A program made the translations under genes and the position numbers. Below, in pieces: positions 61,375 through 64,000 of a stretch of DNA of 64,000 nucleotides. The notes under the pieces were generated by a model. That model did no database searches. It had not been told where the DNA came from and was given only the letters and a program-made list of their open reading frames with translations. The first letter of the stretch is position 1. The number at the start of each line of letters is the position of its first letter. This DNA is from Dimorphilus gyrociliatus (Eukaryota; Animalia; Annelida). The DNA is taken from NCBI GenBank assembly GCA_904063045.1, contig CAJFCJ010000005.1, positions 3,997,689 through 4,061,688 on the forward strand, written 5' to 3'.

Positions 61375-62599
61375 AACATTCCAACACGCAGCAATCGGGA
61401 CTACAGGTTGTCCATATTGGTTTTGAAGTGTTTTTCTACCTTAATAGTTAATAAAATTCTCTTTTTTCTCAATATATCTGCTTATCCAACGGCTTTCTTA
61501 TAGCTTGTCCACAACGAAAGTCTTAACAGTGTAAATTGAGAAGTTTAGACTTGCTCAATGTTAGAAAAACACTGAGAGCCAGACTTTTAGCCAATAGAGT
61601 ACGTGCATCTTATAGATTATAGCAGCCGTAATCGTAGGCAAATGGCGACCTCAAGATGAACAATAAGTTCAGCCATATTGGAAAGCCAAAAATGTATATT
61701 TTTAGTGTGTTCCACTGAACTTGGCGCAACAAAAAGGATTTCAAATAATTAAGAACGCAAAAAACTCGATTATTTTTGTTACTAGACCCCGTTAAGAATA
61801 CTAAGTCTTATCAATAATCTAGATTTAGTCCATAAATCAGAATATTCGGCCAAGTAATTATATTCTTAGTTCATAAAATATGTAATAAGTTAATATTCGA
61901 AATCAGTAAAAACGCATGTTTATTTGTATTGATGACAGGGTTTAGTCTACGTTAAATCTAAAAATAAGTGAAAATATGCACTTGTTTCATGGAGGTAATA
62001 GAAATCTTTAATTTATAGATTATTATTGAATAGCTTTTTTGCCTCTTAATAGACTTTATCGCTTTTTTCTAATTATAGAGCATATATTTTGGACTTGTGC
62101 CATTTTAAAGCACTAGCAAGTGTGCATTACATAATATTCTTGTCTGAACACGTTCAAGCGCGGGCGGCGCAATTCATAAATAGCCGTGTCACTATTCTTA
62201 CTTTCGTATTAAAGCGTAACGTAACACTTTATAATGAATAGAAATGAAAGTAAGAAAAAAACCGCTGTATTTCGAATTTAAAGTACTAATTAAAATGAAG
62301 TTTAATTAAATTCATTGAAGTTGAAATCTAAAAGGCAGAATAATTTCAATTTTTAAAATGATGAATGTTTATTGAAAATTACGAAAATTTCTTAAAAAAT
62401 AGATTAATAACCTGATATCTCTAAACATATAATAAATAATACACTTAATTAGTATTTTTTCAGTTTTTATTAAATCATCCAAATTCAATGTTATTGTTGA
62501 ACATATCCATTAAAAACGTATTCTGCTACAAAGTGCTTAAAATAACTTTTTACCTGTAAAAATGAGTTTCATATTTTTTTTCTATTTATTATTATCGCT

Positions 62600-62709
62600 T
62601 TCTTTCTAACTCGCTCTCACGCTATCTAGCTTTCTCTCTTTTTTCACTATTTTCCTCTTTTTTCTTCTCTCTTTCTCTCGCTTACTTACTCACTCGCTCT
62701 CTTTCTTTC

Positions 62710-62740
<31 letters not shown>

Positions 62741-62767
62741 TTACTTACTCATTCACTCTCTTTCTTT

Positions 62768-62828
<61 letters not shown>

Positions 62829-62835
62829 CTCCCTT
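62600..62835. repeat. Compound (CT)n microsatellite with a duplicated unit of about 60 bp (ctttctctcgcttacttactca...)
   Basis: Read directly. Shorter CT/GA tracts also occur near 470, 11950, 23900, 24270, 24730, 34860, 35870 and 37720. Confidence 0.9.
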
Positions 62836-62861
62836 TTCTATCTTTTTCATATATTCTCTTA

Positions 62862-64000
62862 TTAACTTGGATAATAATATCCTAAACCAAACAGGATTAT
62901 AAAAAGATAGATAAAGAAGAAAATTCTATCCATGACCAATGCGACAGCTCTCCACTCTTTACTAATCTTTGTGGTAACGTCCTTTTCGTAAAGTTTGTTA
63001 TTGAATGCCCTCAGAGCTCTTCTTATCTAATGAGAGAGAGAGAGGGAAAAAATAGAAAATTAGGTTAACTTCATGAAATGAATATAATTATACCTCTTTC
63101 ACTTCATTCTCCAAAGCTCCTTTTTGATGTATAGGTGATTCCATAGCAATATTACCGTTACAAGTTCCCTTATTATTATCGCAAGCTCCTGGTGGCGGTT
63201 GGAATTTGTTGTATTTCATTTCGGGGCACTTAATTCTTTTTTTTAGCTGTATATGAATAATAGAGAATTCGTTTATTAGTTGAAAGGGGGGATGGGAGAA
63301 TAATTGTACTGGGTTTTATCTTACTTTTTGTCTTCCATCAGGCGAATCAATTATGATCATTTGCTCGCCTCGTTTACCAAGACCTAATTCACCTTTCAAA
63401 CAGAGAAATCCACCGATAAATTCTACTAGAAACTTCCTCAACCAAAGGGGAACACGATTACGCTTGTCGCTTCGAAAGTATAAATTTATAATGATGACCG
63501 AGAGAAAAGTCGATAAAGTTATAAGAACGAGATTTAGGCAGAAATAGGCCCCAATTAATGGAATAGAGTGGCTGGCTGGAGGCGTACAATCAGCCAAAAT
63601 CCTTAAGAGGAGAAAGAAGGCTACAAAAATATTCATACCTAGAAAAATAATAGAATAAATGAGTAAATTTTTTGCAGTCGCTTCAATGTACTGTAACAAA
63701 CCAAGAATCATCTTTGCAGAAGATTCGGGAGGCAACCAAAATACAACTAATGTTAATAGGGAGAGAAGGACGCAGGGCAATATGAGAATGTAATTGTAAA
63801 AGGCGGCTGATCTCTTCAATTTGAAAGCGAATGTCAAATCCGGATAAGGTTCTGCGCAACAAGGGTAATATTTGACGTTTTTAACTGCAGGATGAGCCAG
63901 CAATATCCATTCGTTACTTGCCACATATTCCGTTATATCAACGGCTTCTAGACCCTCGTAAAAATCAATATTTAGCTTGAAACCGTCATAAGTCCAGCTC
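62862..64000 (-). CDS. Alpha-type nAChR subunit of the anion-selective lophotrochozoan type; 3' part only, 5' end lies right of the window
   Basis: Loop C YYPCCAEPYPD; M1 YILILPCVLLSLL; M1-M2 LPPESSAKMILG|MNIFVAFFLLL; M3; later exons give the amphipathic helix and M4 EWRAVALVMDRIFFFIYLF, ending at TAA 62862-62864. Confidence 0.92.

Noticed and set aside
1-64000. tRNA, rRNA, snRNA or spliced-leader genes
   Set aside because: No cloverleaf, A/B-box pair or conserved RNA signature was recognised; a tRNAscan-SE or Infernal run would be decisive.

Overview
AT-rich, gene-dense eukaryotic (metazoan) DNA with mostly 50-400 bp GT-AG introns; no rRNA, tRNA or CRISPR features were seen. Gene content, including an anion-type nAChR of the molluscan/annelid clade, and compactness suggest a lophotrochozoan with a miniaturised genome such as the annelid Dimorphilus (inference only). 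The left half (1-35 kb) is a fast-evolving accessory zone. It holds two tandem divergent nAChR-like genes, a cytosolic sulfotransferase, a peptide-type GPCR and two tandem aminergic-like GPCRs. It also holds a myristoylatable ARM-TIR-SAM gene with two decayed upstream copies, a secreted repeat protein, a cluster of secreted TSP1-repeat genes and pseudogenes around an LRRC74-like gene, a Tc1/mariner relic and a possible solo LTR. The right half (38-64 kb) is a block of conserved genes: a small EGF membrane protein, caspase-8-like, CASC3, PEPCK, strawberry notch, BZW, an Rb-like pocket protein and an alpha nAChR. The strongest second-look items are the ARM-TIR-SAM protein with an intact candidate catalytic Glu, the amine-receptor pair with reciprocal loss of pocket versus signalling motifs, the nAChR-like subunit with a remodelled ligand box, and about ten TATAC(A/T)GTATA motifs that resemble Tc1 excision footprints. 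All exon structures were assembled by eye from splice signals and reading phase. No database search or expression data were available.
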